Assembly: GCF_963921235.1 (NCBI RefSeq)
Contig: NC_086101.1
Coordinates: 5,396,001-5,460,000, forward strand
DNA from: Mobula hypostoma
Taxonomy: Eukaryota
Reading direction: 5' to 3'
Length of the DNA stretch: 64,000 bases
This document shows, piece after piece, positions 37,050-49,944 of the stretch (its first letter is position 1; each line of letters opens with the position of its first letter). The translations under genes were made by a program, and so were the position numbers. The notes beneath the pieces were generated by a model that had not been told where the DNA came from, did not search any database, and saw only the letters and a program-made list of their open reading frames with translations.

Positions 37050-39000
37050 CTCCTCCTGAAATCAATAATCAGCTCCTTGGTCTTCCTGACTAAGGTGTTG
37101 ATGTTGTGACACCACTCAACCAGATTTTCAATCTCCCTCCTATATGCTGATTCGTCACCACCTTTGATTTGGCATTGGAGTTGTGGTTAGACACACAGTC
37201 ACAAGTATAAAGCAAGTGGAGCGAGAGGGTGTTGGGGGTGGGGGCAGGAACTAAGCACACAGCCTTCCGGTGCTCCTCTGCTGATGGAGATTGTGGAGGA
37301 GAGGTTCTTGTCAATCCAAACTGACTGGGGTCCGTAAGTGAGGAAATCAAGGATCCAGTTGCACAAGGAGGTATCGAGGTCTCGGTCTTGGATCTTATCG
37401 ATTAGCTTGAGGGGATGATAGTATTTAACACCGAGCTGTAGTCGATAAACAGCATCCTGTCATATGCTTCTTTGATGTTCCAGGGTTGAGTAAAGAGCCA
37501 ATGAGATGGCATCTGCTGTGGACCTGTTGAGCCAGTAGACAATTGGAGTGGATCCAAGTCACTTCGCAGGCAGGAGTTGATAAGTTTCATTACCAAACTC
37601 TCAAAACGTTTCATCATTGTGGAAGTAAGAGCTACTGTACGATAGACGTTGAAGCAGGTTACCACGTTCTTCTTAGGTACAGTATGATTGAAGCCTGCTT
37701 GTACCTCAGACTACTGAAGTGAGAGATTAACGATCTCAGTGAACACTCCAGCCAGTTGACTAGCACAGGTCTTTAGTATTTTTTTAAGGCATCCGTTAAT
37801 CTTGCGAGACCATGGATCTGCACCTGGAAAGTCTTCACTCTTCAGGGCGCAGGCCTGGGCAAGGTTGTATGGAAGACCAGCAGTTGCCCATGCTGCAAGT
37901 CTCCCCTCTCCACGACACCAATGTTGTTCAAGGGAAGGGCATTAGGACCCATGCTTGGCTGTATGTCGCAGAGCAATGTGTAATTAAGTGCCTTGCTCAA
38001 AGACACAACATGTTGCCTCGTCTGGGGCTCAAACTCACGACCTTCAGGTCGCTAGTCCAATGCCTTAACCACTTGGCCACATGCCCACACAGTCTTTAGT
38101 ACTCAGCCAGAAACCCCATCTAGGTCAGATGCTCTCTGTGTGTTCACATGTCACCCTCAGAGGCTGAAATCACAGGGTCATTGGGGGCTGTGGGTGTTCA
38201 TGATGGTTCCTCCATCTTCTGGTGGTCCAAGCAAGTATAGAAGGCATTGAGCTCATCCGCAAACAAAACCTTGTGGCCAGCTGTCTCACTTGATTTTACT
38301 TTATTGGAGGTGACAGCATTCAAGCCCTGCCACAGTTGTCGAGCATCCTTCATTGATTCACGTTTTATCCAAAATTTCCACTTCACCCATGAGGTGGCTT
38401 TCCGGAGATCGTACCTGGACCTCTCATAACTTTCTTGGTCACCAGGCTTGAGTGCCTTTGTTTTGACCCGCAGCAGATTGTGGATCGCATGGTTCATCCA
38501 GGGCTTCTGCTTGGGGAAAACTGAATGATTTTGTGGGGAAACACTTCTCTACAACTGTTTTTATAAAGTCCATGACAACCATGGTGTATTCATTCAGCTC
38601 CACAGATCAGCTCCTGGAACACAGCCCAGACCACCGACTCGAAGCAGTCCTGTGGTCCCTCCTCTGCCTCCCTCCACCACCTCTTTGTCTTTACGTCTGA
38701 GCTTTGCTCTTTAAGTCCCGCCTGAATGCAGAGAGAAGGACTGCCAAGTGATCAGATTTACGGTAGGCATTCCTTATCACAGTGGTCTAGTGGGTTGTGA
38801 CCTCTGGTGCTACAGGTTAGATGCCGACGACAATTAGGCAGGGATTTCTTCAAACAAGCCTGGTTGAAATCCCTGTCTAAGATTTGAAATGCATTGGGAT
38901 GGACTGTCTCTTGTTTGGTGATGTCATCATTCAGTATCTCAAATGCTTGATTTTAGTCGGCCACTGGTGGTATGTAAACTACAGTAAGGATCACGGAGGA
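37050..39000 (-). mobile_element. Rex1/Babar-like LINE RT fragment, degenerate
   Basis: YRTVALTSTMMKRFESLV...RMLFIDYSSVLNTIIPS; RQLWQGLNAVT...ADELNAFY. Confidence 0.8.
37779..38091 (-). mobile_element. tRNA-derived SINE, same family as 32305-32616
   Basis: Reverse-complement homology; 10-bp TSD gtctttagta. Confidence 0.85.
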
Positions 39001-40049
39001 AACCCACTTTCAAGCTCTCTTTACAACTGATGTTCTCAGTATTTATTTTTCATTTGCACAATTTGTCTTCTTTTTCATATTGTCAGTCTTGGACTATGTA
39101 TAGTTTTTAGTAAATTCTATTATATTTCTTTATTTTCTTGTAAATGCCTGCAAGAAAATGAATCTCAGGGTAGTATGTTAAAAAAAACATAGCAGCATAG
39201 AAAACCTACAGCACAATACAGGCCCTTTGGCCCACAAAGCTGTGCCAAACATGTCCTTACCTTAGAAATTACTTAGGGTTATCCATAGCCCTCTATTTTT
39301 CTGAGCTCCACGTACCTATCCAGGAGTCTCGTAAGAGACCCTATCGTATCCGCCTTTGATAATAAATTTTCCCTTGAGCTTGGAACTCAATCACACTTTA
39401 TTTACTTGTGCACAAGGAGAACAGGCTGGTCCATTACCTAACTGTCTGGTCTGAACAGAGAAATGATATTTTTATACAGAATTGACTAACAGTGATGGAT
39501 ATTAACCATCTGGTAAACTGGGTAAGTTCATATTCCTGGAGGAGAGGATGGCGGCGCGACGGCAGCGCGCACGGCCTCTCCGGTGAATGATATCTGTTAT
39601 CTGTCAAGTAGGGGACCGTGCACAATGCTGATTTGATGGAGACAGACATGAGAGTGCGGAGGAACATCTGGGGAAACTTCTGAAATGCCCGCTTCACTGC
39701 CGCTGCTACTGTGTGGTATTCCTTATTTGCAACATCAATCACCATGCACAATGCACAACACATGTGTTAAAAGTCAAAACAAATTACAATATAACAATTG
39801 ATGATACCTTGAAGTTAGTTGGTGTGTGTTCCTTGAACCCTTCTATTATCTAGTCTCTATACGTCAAATGGCTCTGGTCCCCTGTTGTGCAAAGGGGAGC
39901 TGTGCTCTTCATAGACCTTTTCACAACGGCCACGCTTGCTGAGGTTGACTGCACTCTATCTGTGAGCTAATCTTGCCTGGACATTGTCTTAACCCCTTTC
40001 CTTGCTGCAGCTTCTACAAGAGGACAGTTAGGTTTCCTAAGACCAATAC

Positions 40050-40340
40050 CTTTGGTGGTTACGACAGTGGTGATTGGTTCGGTACGCCCGCTGGCAGAGA
40101 CCCCGTACAGACGGATGGTGTAGGTGGTGGCAGGTCTGAGACCGGTGAGGACTGCAAACCGCCGATCCCCGGTCAGCGAGATGTTCCTCGTCACATCCGA
40201 GCCTTGGACCCCGTACAGAATGAAGAAAGTGTCAAAGATCTGCTCAGCCCTCCAGGAGATTCGGAAGGAGCTGGTGGTGACGTTGGAGAAGGGGAGGCTC
40301 TCCAGTTTAATGGCTTCACTGGGCTGCACCTGGCTTGTCT
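40050..40340 (-). CDS. Tenascin-like FN3 exon T5 (291 bp)
   Basis: Acceptor tttctcttctgcag|, donor G|gtattg; ETSQVQPSEAIKLESLPFSNVTTSSFRISWRAEQIFDTFFILYGVQGSDVTRNISL...VVTTK. Confidence 0.9.
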
Positions 40341-40549
40341 CTGCAGAAGAGAAAGGCATTACTGGGTATTGAAGACTTCGATGGGGATGGGCTTCATGGC
40401 AGTGGGTTGGTGAACCAGGGCCAATGAGGGGCCAGATTTGAACATTCCTCTGCTTACCACGGCTTTTATTAACTGGAGCAGAAAGGAAATGATTGAGTAT
40501 ACTCACAGTGAGCTTGTGGAAAAGAAGACAGAAAATGGTCCACAGATGC

Positions 40550-40870
40550 CACGTAATAGTGCTGAAATACTAATTCACACCTTTATATGGAATAGACCAG
40601 ATCACTGCAATGCACCATTCACTGGCCTTCTAAAGCAATCTATTGACAAACTTCATCTCATTCAGAATGCCATAGCTGGACCTTTAACCAAAATTAGGAT
40701 GAGGGAACATATCACTCCCATCCTAACTACTCTGCATTGACTTCCTGTATCTTTTGGAATTCTTCAGAATTTTTTCTAAATTTCTTTAGAATTGATTTTA
40801 AATTCTCTTACTTGTTTCTAAAGTGCTCAATCATCTGGGACTGGAGTACACTACAGAACAATTTCTGTTT
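40550..40870 (+). mobile_element. L2 LINE ORF2 C-terminal fragment
   Basis: AEILIHTFI..R.DHCNA..GL...LHLIQNA...REHITPIL.TLH*LPV. Confidence 0.75.
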
Positions 40871-41128
40871 TAAAATCCTGCTTGAGTTCTCAGGTCTTCT
40901 TCCACCAGTTTATTAAATTTAAACAATCTCCCTCAAAAGCTAATTGGCAGGTCAGTTTTTTTGAACTACGTTATCTTATATATTTATATTTATTGTGTTT
41001 TTATAACTATTTTTGTCTTCTTTACCTGTTGTGGTTTTATTTTTGTGCTGCATCAGATCTGGAGTAGCAACTATTTTGTTCTCCTTATGTGTGTGTGTGT
41101 GTACAGGAAATGACATTAACAATTACGA

Positions 41129-41375
41129 CAACACACATCAAAGTTGCTGGTGAACGCAGCAGGCCAGGCAGCATCTCTAGGAAGAGATGCAGTCGACGTT
41201 TCAGGCCGAGACCCTTCGTCAGGACTAACTGAAGGAAGAGTCCTGACGAAGGGTCTCGGCCTGAAACGTCGACTGCACCTCTTCCTAGAGATGCTGCCTG
41301 GCCTGCTGCGTTCACCAGCAACTTTGATGTGTGTTGCTTGAATTTCCAGCATCTGCAGAATTCCTGTTGTTTGCG
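41129..41375. mobile_element. Palindromic Penelope-derived mini-element with an intact hammerhead core on each strand
   Basis: Near-perfect arms of about 98 bp; 13-bp TSD ttaacaattacga (41116-41128, 41376-41388). Confidence 0.85.
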
Positions 41376-41582
41376 TTAACAATTACGAGTAGCGTTACTA
41401 AGTGTAATCACTGACCTAAAGAGTATTAGTTTGACATGTCACAGGGCCTCCTGTAGGCACAGAGTAGTTGCTTGTCACAGTTACAGGTAAAGGGCAGCAT
41501 GGTAGCATAGTGGTTAGTGTAGCCCTGTTAGAATGCCACCATCCAGGCTTCAAATCCCACGGCTGTCTGTAAGGAATTTATA

Positions 41583-42192
41583 AGTAAACACAGAATAATC
41601 TGCAGATGCTGGGGCCAAAGCAACACTCACAACACGCTGGAGAAACTCAGCAGGTCGGGCAGCATCCGTGGAAATGATTGGTTAAATGATCAGCCAGAAC
41701 CCTTCGTCAGGACTGTAGAGGGAAGGGGCAGAGGCCCTAAAAAGAAGGTGGGGGGAGGGTGGGAAGGAGAAGGCTGGTAGGTGCCAGGTAGTCTCCTGCC
41801 CCTTGGTATGAACATTGAATTCTCCAACTTCTGGTAATTCCCTCCCCCTCCCTTCCCCTATCCCTATGTCACTCTGCCCCCTCCCCCAGCTGCCTATCAC
41901 CTCCCTCATGGTTCTGCCTCCTTCTACTACCCATTGTGTTTTCCCCTATTCCTTCTTCACCTCTCCTGCCTAACCCCTCCCTGCCTCCCTTCCCCCACCC
42001 CTTTATCCTTCCCCTTACTGGTTTTTCACCTGGAACCTACCAGCCTTCTCCTTCCCACCCTCCCCCCACCTTCTTTATAGGGCCTCTGCCCCTTCCCCCT
42101 ACAGTCCTGACGAAGGGTTCTGGCCCAAAACGTTGACTCATTGTTTCCACGGATGCTGCCTGACCTGCTGAGTTTCTCCAGTGTGTTGTGAT
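41583..42192. mobile_element. Penelope-like element: ORF end GMNIEFSNFW* with inverted terminal copy, inserted in a V-SINE
   Basis: 9-bp TSD gaatttata; 41630-41770 is inverted relative to 42040-42190. Confidence 0.75.
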
Positions 42193-42326
42193 GAATTTAT
42201 ATGGGCTTCCCGTGACTGCATGGATTTAATAATACAAAATCTCTTAATAAATACAAAATAAACACTTCCAGAGGAAAAGGCAAATTCTGGTTTCTGTAAG
42301 CTAAAAGTCGATGGGAAGTACGATAC

Positions 42327-42620
42327 CTTTGGTGGTTACCAGGGTGGTGAGGGACTTGGTGCGCCCGGCAGCAGAGACTCCGTAGACACGGATGGTGTAG
42401 GTGGTGCTGGGTCTGAGTCCTGTGATGACAACGAGCCTCCGTTCCCCAGACACCGAGAGGTTCCGCGTCACTTCGGAGCCCTGGACCCCGTACACAACCA
42501 GGAAAGAGTCAAAGACCTTCTCTGCCCTCCACGAGAGCTGGAAGGAGACATCGGTGACATTGGAGAAAAAGAGGCCGTCCAGTTTAACGATTTTGCTGGG
42601 TTGATCTCTCTTTTTTAAAT
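42327..42620 (-). CDS. Tenascin-like FN3 exon T4 (294 bp)
   Basis: Acceptor ttttcctgccgcag|, donor G|gtatcg; DLKKRDQPSKIVKLDGLFFSNVTDVSFQLSWRAEKVFDSFLVVYGVQGSEVTRNLSV...LVTTK. Confidence 0.9.
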
Positions 42621-43379
42621 CTGCGGCAGGAAAAGAGACAGGAACGTCACTGCGGGCTGTGATTGATCAGCGACAGCAAAGTGGGTGGATTCTCAGTGGG
42701 GACCACGGCAGAGTCCAAACTATAGTAACGTTTATGTGCTGCACTGCACTGCAGCCACAAAACAGCACATTTCAACATCTACCATCACAAACTGCTTCAC
42801 GGATCAACCCCAGACTTCCAGATGTCCGCAAGGACCCCACCACAAGAAAGCAACATACATCACCAGGGGCCCCACCACGCGGTCCATGCACTCTTCCTGC
42901 TACTGCCATTGGGGAGGAGGTACAGGAGCCTTAGGTCCCACACCACCAGGTTCAGGAACAGTTATTATCCCTCAACCATCAGACTCCTGAACCAGTGAGG
43001 ATAACCTCAACCCTGAACTGATTCCATCAAGAAGGAGGTACAGGAGCCTCAGGACACACACCACCAGGTTCAGGAACAGTTATTACCCCTCAACCATAAG
43101 GCTGCTGATCCACCAAAACTCTAATCTGATTTCATACTCACAGATTCATTTTCACGGACTCTACAACCCATGTTTTCAGTATATATTCATCTATCTATCT
43201 ATTTATTTTGCATAATTTGTCTTTTGCACATTGGTTGTTTGTCAGTCGTTGTTGTGAGTGTAGGCTTTGATTAATTCTATTGTATTTTTCTGTTCTACTG
43301 TGAATGGACAGAAAATGAATTTAAAGGTAGTACATGGTGACATATATATACTTTGAACCTTTCGAAATTTGAACCTTAA

Positions 43380-44560
43380 CCCACTGCAATTTACCTACCA
43401 CTGAAACAGGTCTACAGTGGACATCTTCTCCTTGGCTCTACACTCATCCCTGGAGCATCTGGACAGTAAAGGCACCTGCTTCAGACTATTGTTTACTGAC
43501 CACAGTTCTGCCTTTCATACTATCATTCCAAGCAAACTTGTCACTAAACTCCAGGGCCTGAGAGTCAACACCTCCCTTTGCAACTGAATCGGTGACTTCC
43601 CGACCAATAGAAACCCATCAGTAAGGGCAGGCAGCACCATATCCACCATGATTATTCCAAACAATGGAGCCCCACGAGGCTGTGCCCGCAGCTCCCAACT
43701 CTTCCCATGATTGCGAGGCCAAATTCTACTCTAACCCCATCCACGAGTTTTCAGATGACACCGCTGTCGAGGGCCACACCTCAAATAACGTTGAGCTGGA
43801 GTGCAGGGAAGAGATCGAGAGACTGGTAACATGGCGTCATGACAACAACCTTTCCCTCAATGTCAACAAAACCAAAGAGATGGTCTTTGGCTTCAGGAAG
43901 GGGGCAGTGCACATCCTCCTCTCTACATCAGTGGTGCTGAGGTTGAGTTCCTAGGTGTGAACATCACCAGTAGTTGGTCCTGGTCCAATCACGTTGATAT
44001 CAGGTCCAGGCAAACTCACCAACACATCTACTTCCTCAGGAGGCTGAAGAAATTCCTCATGTCCCTGTCATCTCTTATCTCACCATACAAAGTGTTCTAT
44101 CTGGGCGCCTCACTGCTTGGTACGGGAAATGGATCTGCATGTAGACGCGAGAAATTTCAGAGAGTTGCGGATGCAGCTCAGCATTTCGCAGGATGCAGCC
44201 TCCCCTTAATGGGCTCTGTCTATACTTGCTGCTGTCCCAGTAAAACAACCAGCAACCCAGCTAAGATATTCTCTCTCCCCCCCGTCCCCCCCAATTGCGC
44301 AGAAGATACAAAAGCCTGAGAACATCTACCTCCAAGCTCGAGGACAGCTTCTATGCCGCTGTGATTAGACTCTTGTACGGAGCCCTTGCTTGATAAGATG
44401 GAGTCCTGATCCCACAATTCTCCTCATTATGGTCCAGCAGTTTATGGTTTACCCTGCACTGCACTTCCACTGTCGCTTTCACACTTTATCCTGAATCGTC
44501 GCTGTTTGACATTGTTCTAGCTCAAGGCATGGTGTAACGGTCAGATCTGTATGTACAGCC
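43380..44560 (+). mobile_element. Rex1/Babar-like LINE RT fragment
   Basis: FSDDTAVEG...EIERLVTWRHDNNLSLNVNKTKEMV. Confidence 0.8.
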
Positions 44561-44759
44561 AACATCGAACTGCACAGCACAGCACAGCACAGGCCCTTCA
44601 GCCCACGATGTCATGCCAACCTTTAACCTCCTCCAAGATCAATCTAGCCCTTCCCTTCCTCTGCCTCTACCACCACCCCGGCAACGCATTCCACACACCC
44701 ACCACGCTTCCTCTGACACACCCCCTGCACTTTCCTCCAATTGCCTTACAATTAAAGGA

Positions 44760-45045
44760 GAGTGCAAGACAGCCTTTCTCGCTGGATTTTGGTACGCGTG
44801 ACAACGATACCACTCGGCCACGAACAGTCCCAAGCATGGCTGAGGAAGGAGGAGTGTTGGGCACGGGGGTGGGCGACTCCATCCGGTAAAATCTCAGAGT
44901 TGCAGAAACACCCACAGAGGCTCCAAAGACCTCGTTCCCGGGAGAAGACAGATCTTTGAAGATGATCTACACGTGGGGACAACATGAAAGGCTGGCCCAG
45001 GAACAGGACTTTGGCAACCTGCGGTTGGTGGTCTTTGCCCCAGGA
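44760..45045 (+). mobile_element. Probable RTE-derived non-autonomous element
   Basis: gttgggcacggggg...ccggtaaaa 5' motif and gcccaggaacag...tttgcccc 3' motif resemble RTE ends. Confidence 0.4.
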
Positions 45046-45916
45046 AAGGTGATAAAATCAAAAGATACAAGGGCAGAATTAGGCCAAGTGTGTCAATGAG
45101 ACTGCTTCGCCATTCCATCGTGGCTGATTTATTATTCCCCTCAACCCCACTCTCCTGCCTTCTACCCGTAACCTTTGGCATTCTGATCAATCAAGAACCT
45201 ATCAACCTCCACTTTAAATGCACCTAATGAGTTGTCCTCCAGAGCCGACTGTGGCAGATTCACCACCATCTGGCTGAAGAAAATCCTCCTCATCTCCGTT
45301 CTAAAGGGACTTCGCTCTGTCCTGAGGCTGTGTCTTCTGGTCCTGAACTCCCCCACTATAGGAAACGTCCACTCTCCACATCCACTCTATCCAGCCCTTT
45401 CAATATTCGATAGGTTTCCATGAAATCCCCCTTTTTCTTTTAAGCTCCAGCAAATACAGGCCCAGAGCCATCAAAAGGTCCTCATACATTAACCCTTTCA
45501 TTCCTGGAATCATTCTCATGGGCTTCCACATCCTTCCTGTAATGAGGCGGCCAGGACTGAACACAATATTCCAAGTGTGGTCTTGAGATCTTACTCAATG
45601 TTATCAAGTTATTGAGTATGGTTTCATTGTGCATATTCAAACTTCAAAGTGGAAACCTTGGCGAGGGTGCAGAGGAGGTTAGAGAGTATGTCTTATGAGG
45701 ATAAACTGAACGAGCTAGGGCTTTTCTCTTTGGAGTGAAAGAGGATGAGAGGAGACTTGATAGAGGTTTACAAGATGATAAGAGGCACAGATCAGATGGA
45801 TAGTCAATACCTTTTTCCCAGGGTGGAAATAGCTAATACAAGAGGATATAATTTTAACCATATAACCATATAACAATCACAGCACGGAAGATGACTGGAG
45901 GAAAATATAGAGGGAT

Positions 45917-46581
45917 TGATAAAGTTTAAGGGAATGGGGGATTCTCAGATTCCTGTAAACAATGGATTCAGTACTGACTCTGCCTGTGACTGCAGTGTGT
46001 TTGAATAATGTCTCGTAGCTGCCTTCTTTGGAGCAAGATAAGAGTTAAAGTTTACCCAGATCTACATAGATGTCTCTGGGCTTTTCACACCTTTTGATTT
46101 TGACAAAAAGCAGTACCTGATGGAAATTAGACAGAACATTCCTTTCTTAATTAAAGCATAAATTTGACGGATGTTCTTATCTTTGTAATTAAGTTGTGGC
46201 TCCAGCAAACCAGATAGGAAATTCTTTTCATTAATTAAGGTGGCTGGAGTGTCCAACAAATTGATTATCTTTTGTATCAATAGTCCATTGACTTGGCCGG
46301 AATAGTTATGAAATTGATTGTCCTTTGTATCAATAGTCCATTGACTTGGCTGGAATGCTTATCAAACTGATTGTTCTTTTGTATCAGTGGCCTCATAACT
46401 TCTGACAATTCTGACATCGGGCAGTAAACTTGTAGAGCCACCGGGGAGATGAGAAAGGGTCTCTCCCTGATGTCGGGTCCAAGTTCACTCGCCGGCTGAG
46501 CTCGAAGAAATAAACGGGTGAAAAGATAAGGAACGATCTTTCTGTGCTGTCGTTATTTGATCCAGCAAAGTTATGTTTACA
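45917..46581 (+). mobile_element. Solo LTR inserted in a CR1
   Basis: TG...CA termini, 4-bp TSD ggat, aataaa at 46509-46514, internal tandem repeat of about 53 bp x2.5 (46258-46386). Confidence 0.75.
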
Positions 46582-46796
46582 GGATGTCGGAGGTATAAGT
46601 GGTGGGTGCATGGAAAACACAGCCGGGGTGGTGGTGGAGGGTAATGCATCAGGAATATTTAAGAGACTGTTAGATAGCCGCATAGATGAAAGAAAAATGG
46701 GGGGGGGGGGTTATGTGGGAGTGAAGGGTTAGATTAAAAGGGTCAGCACAGCATCGTGGACTGAATGGCCTGAAATGGTCCATGTTCTGCAATACA

Positions 46797-47117
46797 TAGT
46801 CATAGTCATACTTTATTGATCCCGGGGAAAATTGGTTTTCGTTACAGTTGCACCATAAATAATAAATAGTAATAGAACCATAAATAGTTAAATAGTAATA
46901 TGTAAATTATGCCAGTAAATTATGAAATAAGTCCAGGACCAGCCTATTGGCTCAGGGTGTCTGACCCTCCAAGGGAGGAGTTGTAAAGTTTGATGGCCAC
47001 AGGCAGGAATGACTTCCTATGACGCTCTGTGTTGCATCTCGGTGGAATGAGTCTCTGGCTGAATGTACTCCTGTGCCCAACCAGTACATTATGTAGTGGA
47101 TGGGAGACATTGACCAA
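46797..47117 (-). mobile_element. Young Rex1-like 3' end
   Basis: Reverse complement of about 11470-11795. Confidence 0.8.
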
Positions 47118-49550
47118 GGATCGGAGTCAGGACATTCCACTGTGAAAGTCATGGAACCTGACATCCCCTGACTGTGGGGCAGCTGGTTACACAGTCCAGA
47201 ACCGTGGGTGTGGAGAAGGGCCTTGCCTGCCGCTGGAGTCATTTCCTGGTGATGCCACACAGCTGTTGGTGTGTTGCTACGGTAACACTTAACATCTTTT
47301 CCCAAACAAACAATGTGAAAACCTGGCAACAGCCATTAAAATGCTGTCATCCGAAGTTCTGGGTGTGCCTGGACAGACTCCAGACACACCCCCTCCTCCC
47401 TGTCAGTTATTCATGCAAACTGACAACAGGGAAGGAGACTGTTCAGCTAATGGTGCCCAAGTTCAAAGTTCAAACCAGCATAGACAGAGTGCCTGGCTAA
47501 TACCTGGGAGGCATAATTTTAAGGCGTTTGGAGGAAAGTATACAGGGTTGTCAGAGATAAGTTTTTTATACGGAGAGTGGTGAGTGTGTGCAGGGAAGAG
47601 GCAGATACATTACAGAGAGTTAAAAACCTTTCAACAGATGTATGATGGAGAGCATATGTTGTCAGAAAGGACATGGTGTCTTTGGAGAGGGCATAGAAGA
47701 CAAGGGCGAGAAAAAAAGATAGAGTAGACAGTCTTTCTCCCAGGTGAAAAGGGCCACTACCAGAGGGCAAAGGTTTAAGGTGAGAGGTGAGAAGTTTAAA
47801 GGACAAGTTCAAAGGAGAGGGGAAGAGTTTAAAGGCAAGTTTCTTTTTACACAGAAAGCGGCATGTTACCGAGGGAGATGGTTGAAGTAGAGATAATATT
47901 AATGTATAAACACAAGAGATTCTACAGAAATCTTCAGCAACACACACACACAAATTGCTGGAGGAACTCAGCATCAGGCAACATCGATGAATGAGAATAA
48001 ACAGTTGCCGCTCCGCTCCAGGAAGGATAGCTAATTGCGTTCCAAAGTTTAAGAGAGGCTCTAAAAATAAGCCAGGACATTACAGGCCCATAAATCAAAG
48101 TACTGAGTACAGGAGTTGGGATATTGTATTGAAGTTGTATGAGATGTTGGTGAAGCCTAACTTGGAGCATTGCGTGCCTACAGGAAAGATGTAAATAAGG
48201 TTGAAAGAGTACAGAGAAAATCTACAAAGGACGTTGCTGCATCTGGAGGACTAGAGTTATAAGAAAAGATTAAATAGGTTAGGACTTTATTCCTTGAATG
48301 TAAAAGATTGAGGGGAGATTTGACAGAGGTATACAAAATTATGGGGGGTATAGAAAGGGTAAATGCAAGCAGGCTTTTTGCACTGAGGATGGGTGGGACT
48401 ACAACTTAAGGTCAAGGGTTAAGGGTGTGTTCTCCCCTTGTTAAAACGTTTACTGCTATGCTGCAGGTATTTCATTTTACTAGTTCTGTAACAACAGTGT
48501 TTCTAGAAACACCTGGTAAAAAGGGGTTTCAGGTGAAAGGTGAAAGGTTTAAAGGGAAAATCAGGGGAAAGTTCTTCTCTCACGGGGTGGTGAGAGTGTG
48601 GAATGAGCTGCCAGCACAAGTGACGCATGTCAGCTCGATTCCAACACTAAGAGAAGTTTGGATAGGCACATGGATGGTAGGGGTATGGAGGGCTATGGTC
48701 CAGATGCAGGTTAATGGGAGCAGGCAGTCTAAAAGGTTTGGTTTGGACTAGATGGGCTGAAGGGCCTGTTTCTGTGCTGTCCTTTTCTATGACTCCATGA
48801 GCCTAGGTGGGGAATGCAGTGATATAGACCGTGTGTGGTAGATGGAATGAATACAAACTGACATCATGGTCTGCATAGATGTGATGGGCAGAAGGACCTG
48901 CTCCTTTCCTGTAACTTCCTATGTTCCAAGATATATTATAGTCTTATGGTCAGTAAAACAACGTCAAATCTTCCTGCTCAGGTATCACAGAAGTCCATAG
49001 ATGTTAGCAAAGTCACTAGAGGCTCGAGCATATTTCTACAGATATACTGTGGGGAGTATTCTGATGTTGCATCTTTGTCTGGTGCGAAGGCGCTAATGCA
49101 CGGGATCGGAAAAACTCCATCGTGGGCACTAGCCTTCCCACCGTCGAGGACACCTTTAAAAGGTGCATCCATCAAAAAGGAGCCTTGCCATCCAGGACAT
49201 GCCCTCTTCTCATTGCTACCACCAAAGAGGAGGCACAGGAGCCTCGGGACAAAAACAGTGTTTTCGGAGGGGCGTTCTCCCCACGGCCATCAGATTCCTG
49301 AGCAGACAATGAACAAGCCCGTGAACACCACCTCACTGTTTTGTTCTCTTGTTGCATTACCTATTTGATAATATTAAAGTTGTATCTGACAGTATGTTTA
49401 ATGTATTGCACTGTACTGCCGCTGCAAAACAGCACATTTCACAACATATATCAGTGATAATAAACTGGATTCAGATTCCTCTGCTGATATGGACATTATT
49501 TAAACATTTCAATTCTATCTGTCTCAAATCAGTTTTCGAGAAAATCGTAC

Positions 49551-49841
49551 CTGCAGTGGTGACCTGGGTGGTGAGGGGCTGGGTCTGCAAACTCCCCGAG
49601 ATCCCGTAGAGATGGATGGTGTATCTGGTGGCGGGACGGAGACTACCGATGAGATACACTCGCTTCCCGCCAGCCACCGTGATGTTCCGGGTCTCCTGCG
49701 ACCCCTGGACCCTGTACTGGATGAGGAAGGAGTCAAAGGTCCTGTCTGTGGTCCAGGAGATGCGGACAGAGTTCGATGTGACGGTCGGGGTTGACAGGGT
49801 GCCCAGTCTCACCGGCGATGGGGCATCTTTGTCCTCAGGAT
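49551..49841 (-). CDS. Tenascin-like FN3 exon T3 (291 bp, class A)
   Basis: Acceptor ctctctgtttcag|, donor G|gtacga; DPEDKDAPSPVRLGTLSTPTVTSNSVRISW...QVTTA. Confidence 0.9.
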
Positions 49842-49944
49842 CTGAAACAGAGAGGTTGAGGTGTGAGGAGACATGGGTTTCACTACAGCCCGCACACAGC
49901 AGGTGGGAGCAGAGATTGCCAACCTTCAGAATTGGTTTCCATAT

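Noticed and set aside
42102..42138. Further hammerhead-like motifs (also near 8341-8372 and 26810-26842)
   Set aside because: Core nucleotides are mutated (CAAAA, CUGGUGA, CUGCCGA), so these are not called as ribozymes.
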